Shown in pieces: positions 52,956 to 64,000 of a stretch of DNA of 64,000 bases (position 1 is the stretch's first letter; each line of letters starts with the position of its first letter). The notes below the pieces were generated by a model. It saw only the letters and a program-made list of their open reading frames with translations. It made no database searches and had not been told where the DNA came from. The position numbers and the translations under genes were made by a program. Origin of the DNA: Paraspadella gotoi. Taxonomy: Eukaryota; Animalia; Chaetognatha. The stretch spans positions 2,283,008-2,347,007 of the forward strand of contig CM119266.1 of NCBI GenBank assembly GCA_051294375.1, in the 5' to 3' direction.

Positions 52956-55900
52956 CCAGAAAGATACCCATTGCCCATTACCCCCAATTGACGCCTAAAT
53001 TCGTCAGAAACGGAAACCAAAGTTCCTTCGTCAGTCGAACCGAAAGTCGGGAAAGGATCGAGCGACGTCGTCGTCGTCGTCGTCGTCGTCGTCTTCGGTG
53101 CGGGAAGAGTGAATCGCATTCCGGTGAAACGGAGGGAGAATCCAATGTGAAGGTGTGAGTCACGACAGTAGGAACCTGTGAATATATGAATGAAAAACTA
53201 ATATTTTATTAGTTCATTGATTGATCAGCATTAATTGATTATGTGATTAATTAGTTGATAATGTGATAGATTTATTGATTTATTAATACAATCATTAGTT
53301 GTTTAACTTGATTAAGTGGAGATAATTGATTAGATTATTGTTAAAATCTTAGTTTTACTCAATTGATTAAATAATTGATTGACAGCTTATTGATTGAATG
53401 ACTAATTCATTCATTCATTCATTCATTTTCATTCATTCATTCATAAACTGATTGATTGATCGGTCGATCGATCGCTTCCCTCAAAAGTGTTTCCCCACGA
53501 CGCCTTCTTTACTTCGTCTCAGATTCGTTCTCGTCGTTAAAAGTCGCCAAACATGTTTCCTTCGTTGTCATGGAAATCTGACGCCAATCGATCGTCACCT
53601 AAAATGATTGTGGGAGATTAGGAGAGTAGGATCGTGGGGATGGGATATCATTTTCATGCAGCCTCTCCGAAACTTTTCCACACGATGGGCTGATCAGCTC
53701 GTTTCGAACCGCCTCTGATTGGTCCAGCCGACACTACGACGTCGTTCCAGTCTCGACAATGAAGGACGAGTAACAACCGGCGACGTCGGCGCCGCATACT
53801 CGATGGGCGCCGCGGTATCGGCCTCGTCGAAGAGTTCGCAGGCGCGCGGACAACCTTGTCCGGGGGAAGAGGAGTTGTAAAATTGGTAAACTTAATAATT
53901 ATCTTTATACAAAATGGAAAAATGTGTATTTCATTAAAAACAGCGGCGGGTTGCCTGCAATACTGGAGGCGTGGCGGATATCCCACAACTGGCTTTATGA
54001 GCAGCGGACCTCTCGTCGCTGCCTAAGATCACTGCATAGATTGCGTGGTAACATCCTAATAGAACCCGATGTGTTCTTTACCGCTGATCTCGAGATGTCT
54101 TTTCTACTTTGATATCGGTAAAGCGAATTGGAAAAATTGTTAGCCGCTTTCGTTTCAAAAGCAAGCTGACTTTAGACCTCGGACACAATGTAATGACTCT
54201 TTAAACTATTCGTCGAGTGATTCACACCGCCTCACGTCACTTATCAAGCAAGAGCCATTCCAGGCGGCGACCAACCACCACAACCAGCGTGTGGTTCCAT
54301 CCACGTCCTAACGACTTCCCTCTGCGTTGGCAAGCGAGACCGTCCTAGGTAAACCGCGCCAGTGACTGGATGCGTCACTGGGGTCGGAAGCCCCCAAAGC
54401 CAACAGTGAGATGCCCCATCCCAATGGGCATCACAGGCAACCCGGCTGTTGCCATAAGTGGTGAGCCCTACTATCGGACACGCAACCTTCTCAGGGTACG
54501 CTACGACAAACGCCTATGCCCTGCCGACTCGGGTACGCTACGACAAACGCCCTATGCCCCTGGTACCTACGACAAAACGCCTATGCCCCCACAACTTGCG
54601 CTCTCTCTCTCTCTCCCACTATGGTACCAGTCTTGTCAGACACTCTCAGGCTTGAGGAACCTGAGTATGTCTTGGCCCGGGATCCTGTGCGGTATTTCAC
54701 ACCCGCTCACGTCACCATCCGTCAGCCAAATCCATTGGCTTCAGAGGGGAACACACCATCCAGGCGTAGTGTTCCATCCACAGTCCTAACGACTTCCCTC
54801 TGCGTTGGCAAAGCGGAGACCGTACCTAGGTAACCGCGCCCAGTGACTGGAGAGTCACTGAGGGTCCGGGAAGCCCCCAAAGCCAAACAGTGAGATGCCC
54901 ATCCAATGGGCATCACAGGAACCCGGCTGTTGCCGAAAACTACACTATCCGCGAGGACTTACCCATTCACTTACCTTTTAAGAAGACGCCTTCCCGCGCC
55001 AAGTCGTACCAACTCAGATGCGGCGTCGACGTCGAAGACGTCAAGACTTCGCCGCCGAAGTTGGAGTCGTCGAAGAGAACAAGTGTGGTTCGTCGAAGCC
55101 TTCCGACGGAACCACCTGATTTGGAAATACGTTTAGGCACTATTTTCGAAAGCGTCCCGGTTTTTGTTCCAAATCTTGAGCCTAATTTAAATGAAATATT
55201 GGAACTCTAATTCTTGCCCTAAAACCTTACCTGTGAAGAGACTCACAAATATGATCAAGGTTTGAAGATGTTGGAGTCGTTGCTGTTGAAACGACCCCAG
55301 CGACTACCCGCTGATGGAGGGATGAGATCGTTGGCGACCACTCATGATCCTTCTCGAAAGTAGTCGTCGTCGTCGTCGTCGTCGTCGTCGTCTTCGGTGC
55401 GGGAAGAGTGAATCGCATTCCGGGTGAAACGGAGGGAGAATCCAATGTGAAGGTGTGAGTCACGACAGTAGGAACCTGTGAATATATGAATGAAAAACTA
55501 ATATTTTATTAGTTCATTGATTGATCAGCATTAATTGATTATGTGATTAATTAGTTGATAATGTGATAGATTTATTGATTTATTAATACAATCATTAGTT
55601 GTTTAACTTGATTAAGTGGAGATTAATTGATTAGATTATTGTTAAAATCTTAGTTTTACTCATTGATTAAATAATTGATTGACAGCTTTATTGATTGAAT
55701 GACTAATTCATTCATTCATTCATTCATTCATTCATTCATTCATTCATTCATAAACTGATTGATTGATCGGTCGATCGATCGCTTCCCTCAAAAGTGTTTC
55801 CCCACGACGCCTTCTTATACTTCGTCTCAGATTCGTTCTCGTCGTTAAAAGTCGCCAAACATGTTTCCTTCGTTGTCATGGAAATCTGACGCCAATCGAT

Positions 55901-57101
55901 CGTCACCTAAAAATGTAATTGTGGGAGATTAGGAGAGTAGGATCGTGGGGATGGGATATCATTTTCATGCAGCCTCTCCGAAACCTTTTCCAAAACGATG
56001 GGCTGATCAGCGTCGTCTTCGGAACCGCCTCTGATTGGTCGAGCCGACACTACGACGTCGTTCCAGTCTCGACCAATGAAGGACGAGTAACAACCGGCGA
56101 CGTCGGCGCCGCATACTCGATGGGCGCCGCGGTAATCGGCCTCGTCGAAGAGTTTCCAGGCGCCGCGGACAACCTTGTCCGGGGGAAGAGGAGTTGGTAA
56201 AATTGGTATAAACTTTAATAATTATCTTTAACAACAATGGAAAAATGTGTATTTCATTAAAAACAGCGGCGGGGTTGCCTGCAATACTGGAGGCGTGGCG
56301 GATATCACTAACTGGCTTTATGAGCAGCGGACCTCTCGTCGCTGCCTAAGATCACTCGCATAAGATTGCGTGGTAACAATCCTAATAGAACCGATGTGTT
56401 CTTTTACCGCCTGATCTCGAGATGTCTTTCTACTTTGATATCGGTAAAGCGAATTGGAAAAGATTGTTAGCCGCTTTCGTTTCAAAAGCAAGCTTGACTT
56501 TAGACCTCGGACACAATGTAATGACTCTTTAAACACTTACACTATCCGTCGAGTGACTTACCCTTCACTTACCTTATAAGAAGACGCCTTCCCCGCGAAG
56601 TCGTACCAACTCAGATGCGGCGTCGACTCGAAGACGTCAAGACTTCGGCCGCCGAAGTTGGAGTCTTCGTAGAGAATCAAGTGTGGTTCGTCGAAGCCTT
56701 CCGACGGAACCACCTGATTTGGAAATACGTTTAGGCACTATTTTTCGAAAGCGTCCCGTTTTTTGTTCCAAATCTCTGAGCATAATTTTAAATGAAATAT
56801 TGAACTCTAATCTCTTGCCTAAAACCTTACCCTGTGGAAGAGACTTCAAAAATATGATGTTGGAGTCGTTGCTGTTGAAACGACCCCAGCGACTTACCCG
56901 CTTGATGGAGGAGATGAGATCGTTGGCGACCCACTCATGATATCCTTCCTCGAAAGTATCGACGTAACGCTGGAAGTTCTTCCGTTTGAAGACTTGCCAA
57001 GCACCTCCCTTGACTATCAGAGAAGAGATGCGGTTATCAAAGTCCTGGAGGATTTTAGATTTGATTGCATGGTTCTTTGGTTACTTGCTTGATTTTTTTT
57101 T

Positions 57102-57149
<48 letters not shown>

Positions 57150-57233
57150 CTTTACCTCCAAATCGGCCACATCCGCCGTAAAAATTCTCTTTTCTCCCCC
57201 AAATTTCGCGTTTTCGTAAACGGTGATTGTCAT
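52325..57233 (-). CDS. Beta/gamma-crystallin-domain + aerolysin-like protein, second copy (clean exons 1-5, interrupted by an internal duplicated segment)
   Basis: Frameshift-free exons: 57156-57233 (MTITVYENAKFGGEKRIFTADVADLE), 56898-57044 (DFDNRISSLIVKGGAW...NDLISSIKR), 56573-56713 (VVPSEGFDEPHLILYEDSNFGG...GKASSYK), 55985-56173, 55787-55906, exon 6 from 55475, and a last exon ending TGA at 52325. Segment 52814-55360 redundantly repeats exons 3-6 plus parts of exons 2 and 7. The crystallin call is strong; the aerolysin-like call rests on motif resemblance only. Confidence 0.75.
54221..54934 (+). mobile_element. TRIM-like non-autonomous mini-LTR retrotransposon
   Basis: Two ~240-250 bp direct repeats (54221-54456 and 54686-54934). 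Consensus termini across copies are TGTGGCGG...GTTGCCATA. A PBS-like TGGTGAGCCC follows 2 nt after the first repeat. The ~230 bp internal part is non-coding. The element is absent from the homologous intron in the other copies (near 42310 and 56530). Confidence 0.7.
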
Positions 57234-57865
57234 TTTTGCCCCGTGAAAACAAAATACGGAGAAAGTGAAAAAACGAGTGTGGGAATTTATTGTGAGAAAA
57301 ATCGGCGAAAATCTAAAATTTAGTTCATTTAAATGGATTTAATATAATCGATCGTCGGGTTTGAACCCGGGATGCCAACAGACCTACTTTCAAAAATGAA
57401 GGCATTCGATTTTTTTTTTTTTTTTTTTTTTTTTTTGAAAAGGGTTATAATCCGATTATAATCCAATTACCTAATTGTTGTCCCGTTTCGGGAAATATTC
57501 AATGACGTCTTAATTAAGTGGATGAGGTCTGGTTGGAAAAAGTTATACGAGATCGTTTAAAGAATTATTTTGTATAGAAAATGGTAAAACAATTCAACAT
57601 GAGTTTAACGTCTAAAACAAAAGAACAAAATAATATTTTTACACGACTACTTCGAGCATTTAATTGAATCCTTAGTAAGTAATATGGTAGTAATAATAAT
57701 TCAATCAAAATGGTTTAAATTAATTTCCGCTTTTAAGTGCTAATGGTATTTTAGGACGCTTTTGGTCTTTCAGACATTATACGACTTGAGAATCTGTTTG
57801 TCGGTAAGTCGTTGAGAAAAATACTCGAATGCTGTGAATAAGTATTTCCTTAATTATTTCACGGG

Positions 57866-58805
57866 GCCTAAGGCCCTTCCGATGAATCTAGTGCCCCTCT
57901 CCCCTAAGGCCCTTCCGATGAATCTAGTGCCCCTCTCCCCTAAGGCCCTTCCAATGAATCTAGTGCCCCTCTCCCCTAAGGCCCTTCCAATGAATCTAGT
58001 GCCCCTCTCCCCTAAGGCCCTTCCGATGAATCTAGTGTCCCTCTCCCCTAAGGCCCCTTCCGATGAATCTCGTGCCCTCTCCCTAAGGCCCTTCCGATGA
58101 ATCTCGTGCCCCTCTCCCCTAAGGCCCTTCCAATGAATCTAGTGCCCCTCTCCCTAAGGCCCTTCCGATGAATCTAGTGCCCCTCTCCCCTAAGGCCCTT
58201 CCGATGAATCTAGTGCCCCTCTCCTCTAAGGCCCTTCCGATGATCTCGTGCCCCTCTCCCCTAAGGCCCTTCCGATGAATCTCGTGCCCCCCTCTCCTCT
58301 AAGGCCCTTCCGATGAATCTCGTGCCCCTCTCCTCTAAGGCCCTTCGATGAATCTCGTGCCCCTCTCCTCTAAGGCCCTTCCGATGAATCTCGTGCCCCT
58401 CTCCTCTAAGGCCCTTCCGATGAATCTCGTGCCCCTCCCCCTAAGGCCCTTCCAATGAATCTAGTGCCCCTCTCCCCTAAGGCCCTTCCGATGAATCTAG
58501 TGCCCCTCTCCCCTAAGGCCTTTCCGATGAATCTAGTGCCCCTCTCCCCTAAGGCCCTTCCGATGAATCTCGTGCCCCTCTCCTCTAAGGCCCTTCCGAT
58601 GAATCTCGTGCCCCTCTCCCCTAAGGCCCTTCCGATGAATCTAGTGCCCCCTCTCCTCTAAGGCCCTTCCGATGAATCTCGTGCCCCTCTCCTCTAAGGC
58701 CCTTCCGATGAATCTCGTGCCCCTCTCCTCTAAGGCCCTTCCGATGAATCTCGTGCCCCTCTCCCCTAAGGCCCTTCCGATGAATCTAGTGCCCCTCTCC
58801 CCTTT
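57866..58805. repeat. Second copy of the 36-bp minisatellite, about 26 units
   Basis: Same unit and flanks as 43650-44575. Confidence 0.95.
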
Positions 58806-59028
58806 CCCGAAGACTTTTTAAGCTGAATTGAGGTCCAGTTATGACGATTTGACGGAAGAGGACTCTCCCGCGGAAAAGGACATAATACGAGTCTCGTTTT
58901 CGATCAAAAAACAAAAGACTAACGACGTCGATTCAGCGTTTTTAGCGATTTTTGAGACTTTAGCAAAACGAATAAAAATATTTGCGTCTGGAGCGGAAAT
59001 CTAGCGAAAAGGTTAAGCAAGCGCAAGA

Positions 59029-59078
<50 letters not shown>

Positions 59079-59730
59079 ACGGCGTGTCGACGATTGACGT
59101 CAGAAGGAAGATATTTCGACGAAAATCAATTCAGGTAAGGAAATTAAGTAAATGAAAATCGTTGTTGTTGTTGTTGTCCTCCTTCGGATGATCTGAGACT
59201 GAGAGCAGAATATGTTGATGCCTAACTAGATACATAGGAATATGAATGATATGTATTTACAGTATAACTTATTTGCTCGATTTATAACTTTTGTTATGAG
59301 GACAAGTTTTTTTTCCTCTTTTATCTCGGGAATCGTCTTTGGCTAAAGAATAATTAAAAGTTGTTTTTTTCTATATTGAAAATGTTAATTCATAAGCAAT
59401 GAAGTCTTATAACTGTTTTTCTCCTTGACTACATTTGTCACATTGTGTTAGTACCTTTTTGTTTATTTTCTACATAATCTCAAAAATAAAAGAATTGTAA
59501 TAAAACTTGATCGGCATCCGCCAAAGTGACAATAGCGCCACCACACTGTTCGTCATAGACGAACGCTCTCGACGTCACCCCCCCCCCTCCTCGCGTCGCC
59601 GCTCAAAACGCCATCTATTCGCGAGCGCGGGTTTTCAAAGCGACAATTCCGGCGGCGCTAATATGACAAACGTCACATCTGTAAGTGAAAAATGTCCAAT
59701 TTTCAATATTGCGCTCGACGAAGGGGGCGT

Positions 59731-59799
<69 letters not shown>

Positions 59800-60210
59800 C
59801 GTTTAAAATCTCATTTATCACAAAGTCAGGGGAGGAGAAGAGAGAGAGTGAGAGGGAGCAGAGAGAGAAAAAAAAAAAAAGAAGAGAGCGAGAGAGTAAA
59901 GGGAGAAGCGAAAGGGGAAATTTTAAAATTAAAAATGTAAAACGGCTCAAAACTATTTTACAAAGTCTTTTTAGTTTGAACAAAGTCACGTCGTACCTTT
60001 AGCTACAAAGTTCAAAAGTTAATTCAAAATACTAAGCGATGACTCCGCTCAGTTGTTTCCCGATCGCAAACTGGATCCACGAACGATTCGAATTCTTTCT
60101 CACATCAAGAACCAAGATGTCAGTGAATCAATGACATCTGAGTTTTTGTCATAGAAAGAGAATATGGTGAGGATCGAACCAGTGACCTCGAGATCAAGAA
60201 GTTCATCGGC

Positions 60211-63200
60211 CTATGTATCGACCGGGAGAGAGTGAACTTGCACGGCGGTCAATGAGGGTGAGGAGAACGAAGAGGCGGCTGTGGAGGCGGCGGCGGCGGT
60301 GGCGGGGTCAGCTGCGTCTTGAGGTAAGGCGCGCTCGTTTTCTTCGCTTGTCAAGTCATTGGTAGGTGGATTTGGAAGTCGGTCTATAATATCTTCCTCA
60401 TTGTAGTTTGAAATAACTTGCAATTGGCGATCGACGGATCCGTTGGCGACGCGGTGGACATCCGTGGACGAGGCGACGCCAGATTCCGGATCTTCGTCGT
60501 CGCCACCGTCGTCGGACGGTCCGCCTCTATCAGGATCCGGAAGAAAGATTGTCCCATTGCCGAGACCTCGCCGAAAGGTGACGACGTCGGTTGCATCATT
60601 GACGGCCCGATCGTCGCCGTCGTTGTTATTGTCCGCTCGATTGTTGTCGAGAAAAAATCTCCATCTTTTCTTAAAGTTTTTTATGTAAAATCTAAGAAAA
60701 TTTTTCGTTCTGACGTGAACTATGACGTCGGCGTCGGCGTCAGCGCCATCTGCGTTGCGGCCGTTCTTCATCGCCGCCAAAAAGTCGGCGTCGAGGAAGA
60801 GGAGTTTTAGGCCGAAGCTTTCGTTTTCTATCGCCAGATGGTGAGCCTGTGAGAACAAAATAGCAATAGACATAACTATAGGCGACAAATTTTTTTATTG
60901 GTCAAAAAATTCTTTTCTATTTCGCTTGAGCATCTGTTTATACCATTTACGTTAAGTGTAGCATATTCGCGTATTAGTTTATATTTTTATTTTTACTTAG
61001 CATGTTCACCTTAACAATAAATCTCGTCACAAGCATCACTAAATCACTTCATCATCCAATCGACCATTCCCTTTGTCAGTCATCACCCAATCTCCTTATC
61101 ACCAAATCACCTGTCGAAACTCATATAGTCTCCACTCGTTCCTCAAGTAACTCGGCGTCAAGACAGGCACGAAGCAGGCCGAGTCCTCGATCGCCGCCGC
61201 CTGATCCTCCGCGTCGGAGCCTCCCAATTGGCCGCCGCCGCGGTAGAGATCTCCGCGGACGAAACACTTGAGACCCAAGCGGTCGATCTCTTCCAGGATC
61301 GAGGCGAAGATGGCGGGATGGGCGTCGCGATCCTCGTCAGCGAATGAGAGGTAGACGTCGTAGCGAGGGAATCGGGTCCGTGGTCTGGGTTGAAGGAATG
61401 AATAATTTTAAGAATTTTATTACTAAATATTTACAGCTTAATTTTTAAAAAAAATTAACTTGGAAAATTTACCTGACTTTCTGAAAAATTCGTTTGATGA
61501 AAAAGTAGAGAGAGTGACAGTGATGCCAGACTCCAATCTTTACTGTCTCTCTGTACCAGCTCAGTGCAATGGCAGCAATGATGACCACAATAACAACAGC
61601 GACGAAGACAGCAACGACAATTTTGACGAGTGAAGTGTCAGGATCGGAGCAGACTGACTTGTAATATTCTTCCGTGATGTTGAAAACGCTGATCACTTTC
61701 ACTTCCTCGTCGTAATTCACGGAGCACGAAATGTCTACGTAATCTTCGACCAAATCGGGAAATCTCGGATCGTTGGCGAATTTCCAAGGGTTGAGTTCGT
61801 CGCAGCCGCAAAAGAAGGGATTTCCTTTCAATCGAATCTTCGTTGGCGTCGGAAACAAATGGAAAAGGTTGGCGGGAAATTCTCTGAATTGGTTGAAGGA
61901 AAGATCGACGAGCTTCAAAACCTTCGACCGCGATCGAACGAGAATGTGAACGATCTCCGACAAATCGCTCAACATATTCGATCGAAGATAAAGCGTCTCG
62001 GTTCGCTGCAAGAGAATCTGCACTTCCTCCATCTTTAATTTCTTGACGCGATTGAAGGAGACGTTGAAATCGTAGCGGAACGCCTCGTCGAAATCGCGCG
62101 GCAGGCTCATCAAGTATTTGCTCGAGCAGTCGGCGCGAACTTTGTCTTCAGAGATTCGCAAACATTTGCATCTGTCGTCGCATTTGGAAACGAAACAAGA
62201 ATACATCTCTGGAGTTGCCGAGGTGAGGCTCGATTTGGGCGAGGTGAGGCTGAAGTCAGTATCGGCGATCACTTTGCAGGTTGAGTTGCGAAAGGGAAAC
62301 GAATCGTGATTCGTTTGACAGGAGATCACGTGATCGTCGGCGGAATTTTCCGTCGAGAGAGCAAGAGATTTGAGCAGCAAGGCCGAGTCTTGCATGTCGC
62401 ATCCGTGACAAACTTGCCACTTTTTCTGATGGTGAAAATCTGGAAAGAAGACGCCGATGCCGGAGCAATGGTACAGTTTGACGAGGCAGAACAGGTGGCG
62501 CAAGTTGTAAGAGACGAGGTCATTGTCCCCCAAGTCTGAGAAAAGGGCAATAAGAAGAGAAACGAAAAAAAAAGTGCGTACGTGATCTTTATTTTTATTC
62601 GATTGTTTAAAGGACTTACCTATCGTGTATTTGTTGTTGGCCGTTATATTTTCGCACTTGAACATTTGTTCCTTGGATTTAATCAGTTTTACCAATCCAC
62701 CTTTCATTCTCCTCAGAGATTCAAAATCACTTGGCAGAACCAAACTGCTGATGTTGTTTCTCTGGACACCAATGAACACCGACCTGTAGCCAACGTTTCT
62801 GGACAAAAAGTCGTCGAAGATTCCGTCCGATTCGTTCTTGGCCTCAAACTCCGGCCACAGATTGAATTGCTTCAGCCGGTTGTCGTTTAACCGCAAAGCG
62901 GACAAAGACGGCAGCAGACGGACCAAGTTGTCGATCCGTGAGATTTTGTTCTGAGCCAAAATCAAAAATTTGAGATTGGGCAAATTGTGAAACGTGTCCC
63001 CGTTCAAGGTTTCGATTCGATTGCCGACGAGATTCAAATGAATCAATCTGGGTAGATTTTCGAAGACTCTCGGTTCCATCGTGAAAATCCGGTTCATCAT
63101 GAGCGAAATCGTTGTCACGAATTTTAAATCGGAAAATATTCCTCGAGGGATCGATGCGAGTTTGTTGCTGTCCAGAATTATTTCCTTTAATGACATTCGA

Positions 63201-63680
63201 GCGAAGAATCCCTTTTGGACGAATTGGATTTCGTTGGCCGAAAGGTCGACCTCTTCGGTTTGATCCCCGACGAGGAAGTTGGACTCGTTCAAGAATCTCA
63301 ATCGACACTTCCAACAGCTCAATATCTTCAACTCGTCCGAGGTGACGTTGACGAAATCGACCATCGACTTCCACGCTTGCAGCTTGACGGCGTTGACGGG
63401 GCCTTGGAGGGACGTCAGAGGATTGGCCTCGAGGCTCAACTCTTTCAAAGTCGATTTGAATGCGAGAGGAATTTGAGTAAAGTTATTCTTCGTCAATTCC
63501 AATCTGGATCCTTCGGGAAGGTGGCTCAGCGCGCCGTCCGGGTCGATGACCGAGAGGCCTAGATGGCGCAAAGTCGCCAACGTCGGTTTGAGGAATCGAG
63601 TCCGAGTCCAGGAATCGGGAAGACGACCTCCGGGGACGCCTTTGCTGTTGTCGTAGCCGACGATGGAAAGGCTCGTGATG
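60211..63680 (-). CDS. Toll-like receptor, multi-cysteine-cluster type (LRR ectodomain, TM, TIR); 5' exon(s) probably outside the window
   Basis: The 762-aa ORF has many LxxLxLxxN repeats, an internal Cys cluster (CDDRCKC...ADCSSKYLMSLP), an LRRCT (GNPFFCGC...DISC) and a TM segment (IVVAVFVAVVIVVIIAAIAL). It splices (AG|GTAAAT at 61473) to exon 61111-61384: RYDVYLSFADED...GLKCF...AIEDSACFVPVLTPSYLRNEWRLYEFRQ, a TIR domain. Last exon 60211-60846. Probable 84-nt intron at 62536-62619 and probable acceptor at 63681. Confidence 0.9.
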
Positions 63681-63831
63681 CTGTGAATTATGGAGAACGC
63701 GGGTGAAAATGAGTGTGAATATATCGGAATATTTCTAAACGACCACAAGAGCCTCATTCCAAATTTTTATGTTTTCGACGTCGCGGTCCTAAATCAACTT
63801 GATCAGATAAGCATATATCAAATCAAGACGA

Positions 63832-64000
63832 TGTGGCGGTAGATTCACACCGCCTCACGTCCACCCTCGTTCAGCCAGCTCAGAGGGGGAACACGACATC
63901 CCAAGCGTTGTGTCCCATTCACAGTCCTAACGACTTCCCTCTGCGTTGGCAAAGCGAGTGACTGGAGGCGTCACTGAGGGTAGGAGGCCCCTGAAGCCAA
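63832..64000 (+). mobile_element. 5' part of an LTR of the TRIM-like family, running off the window end
   Basis: tgtggcggtagattcacaccgcctcacgtc...cctaacgacttccctctgcgttggcaaagcg matches the repeat starting at 54686. Confidence 0.7.

Noticed and set aside
59505-59690. GC-rich stretch with an acceptor-like site as an extra exon (also 45310-45485)
   Set aside because: No convincing donor, frame differs between copies, no recognisable protein.
57233-60213. TLR-crystallin fusion or stop read-through
   Set aside because: The TAG is present in both copies, the downstream open stretch is short, and the crystallin gene has its own ATG exon.

Overview
This is eukaryotic DNA from an invertebrate-type animal; the taxon cannot be determined from sequence alone. 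It is AT-rich, full of (AG)n, (TCG)n and (ATT)n microsatellites, has N-gaps, and shows a noisy consensus with homopolymer indels. Most short ORFs in the track are microsatellite artefacts. Manual splicing recovers five intron-containing genes, all on the minus strand: (1) a cytosolic HSP70 ending in EEVD and split into 17 exons; (2) a divergent DUR3-like urea/solute:sodium symporter with a long charged tail; (3) a prominin/CD133-like protein; (4) a beta/gamma-crystallin + aerolysin-like (EP37/betagamma-CAT-type) protein; (5) a 5'-partial multi-cysteine-cluster Toll-like receptor (LRR-TM-TIR). The 38.5-61.4 kb region is a nested near-identical duplication, probably partly an assembly artefact. 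Mobile DNA includes a TRIM-like mini-LTR element with extra LTR copies, a tRNA-derived SINE and a possible HINE/DINE-like element. The most notable signals are: introns that begin with tandem arrays of their own exon end plus splice donor, in at least three unrelated genes; a TLR next to a crystallin-aerolysin gene; a candidate GG splice donor; and an RNA stem that could mask both splice signals of an in-frame exon.
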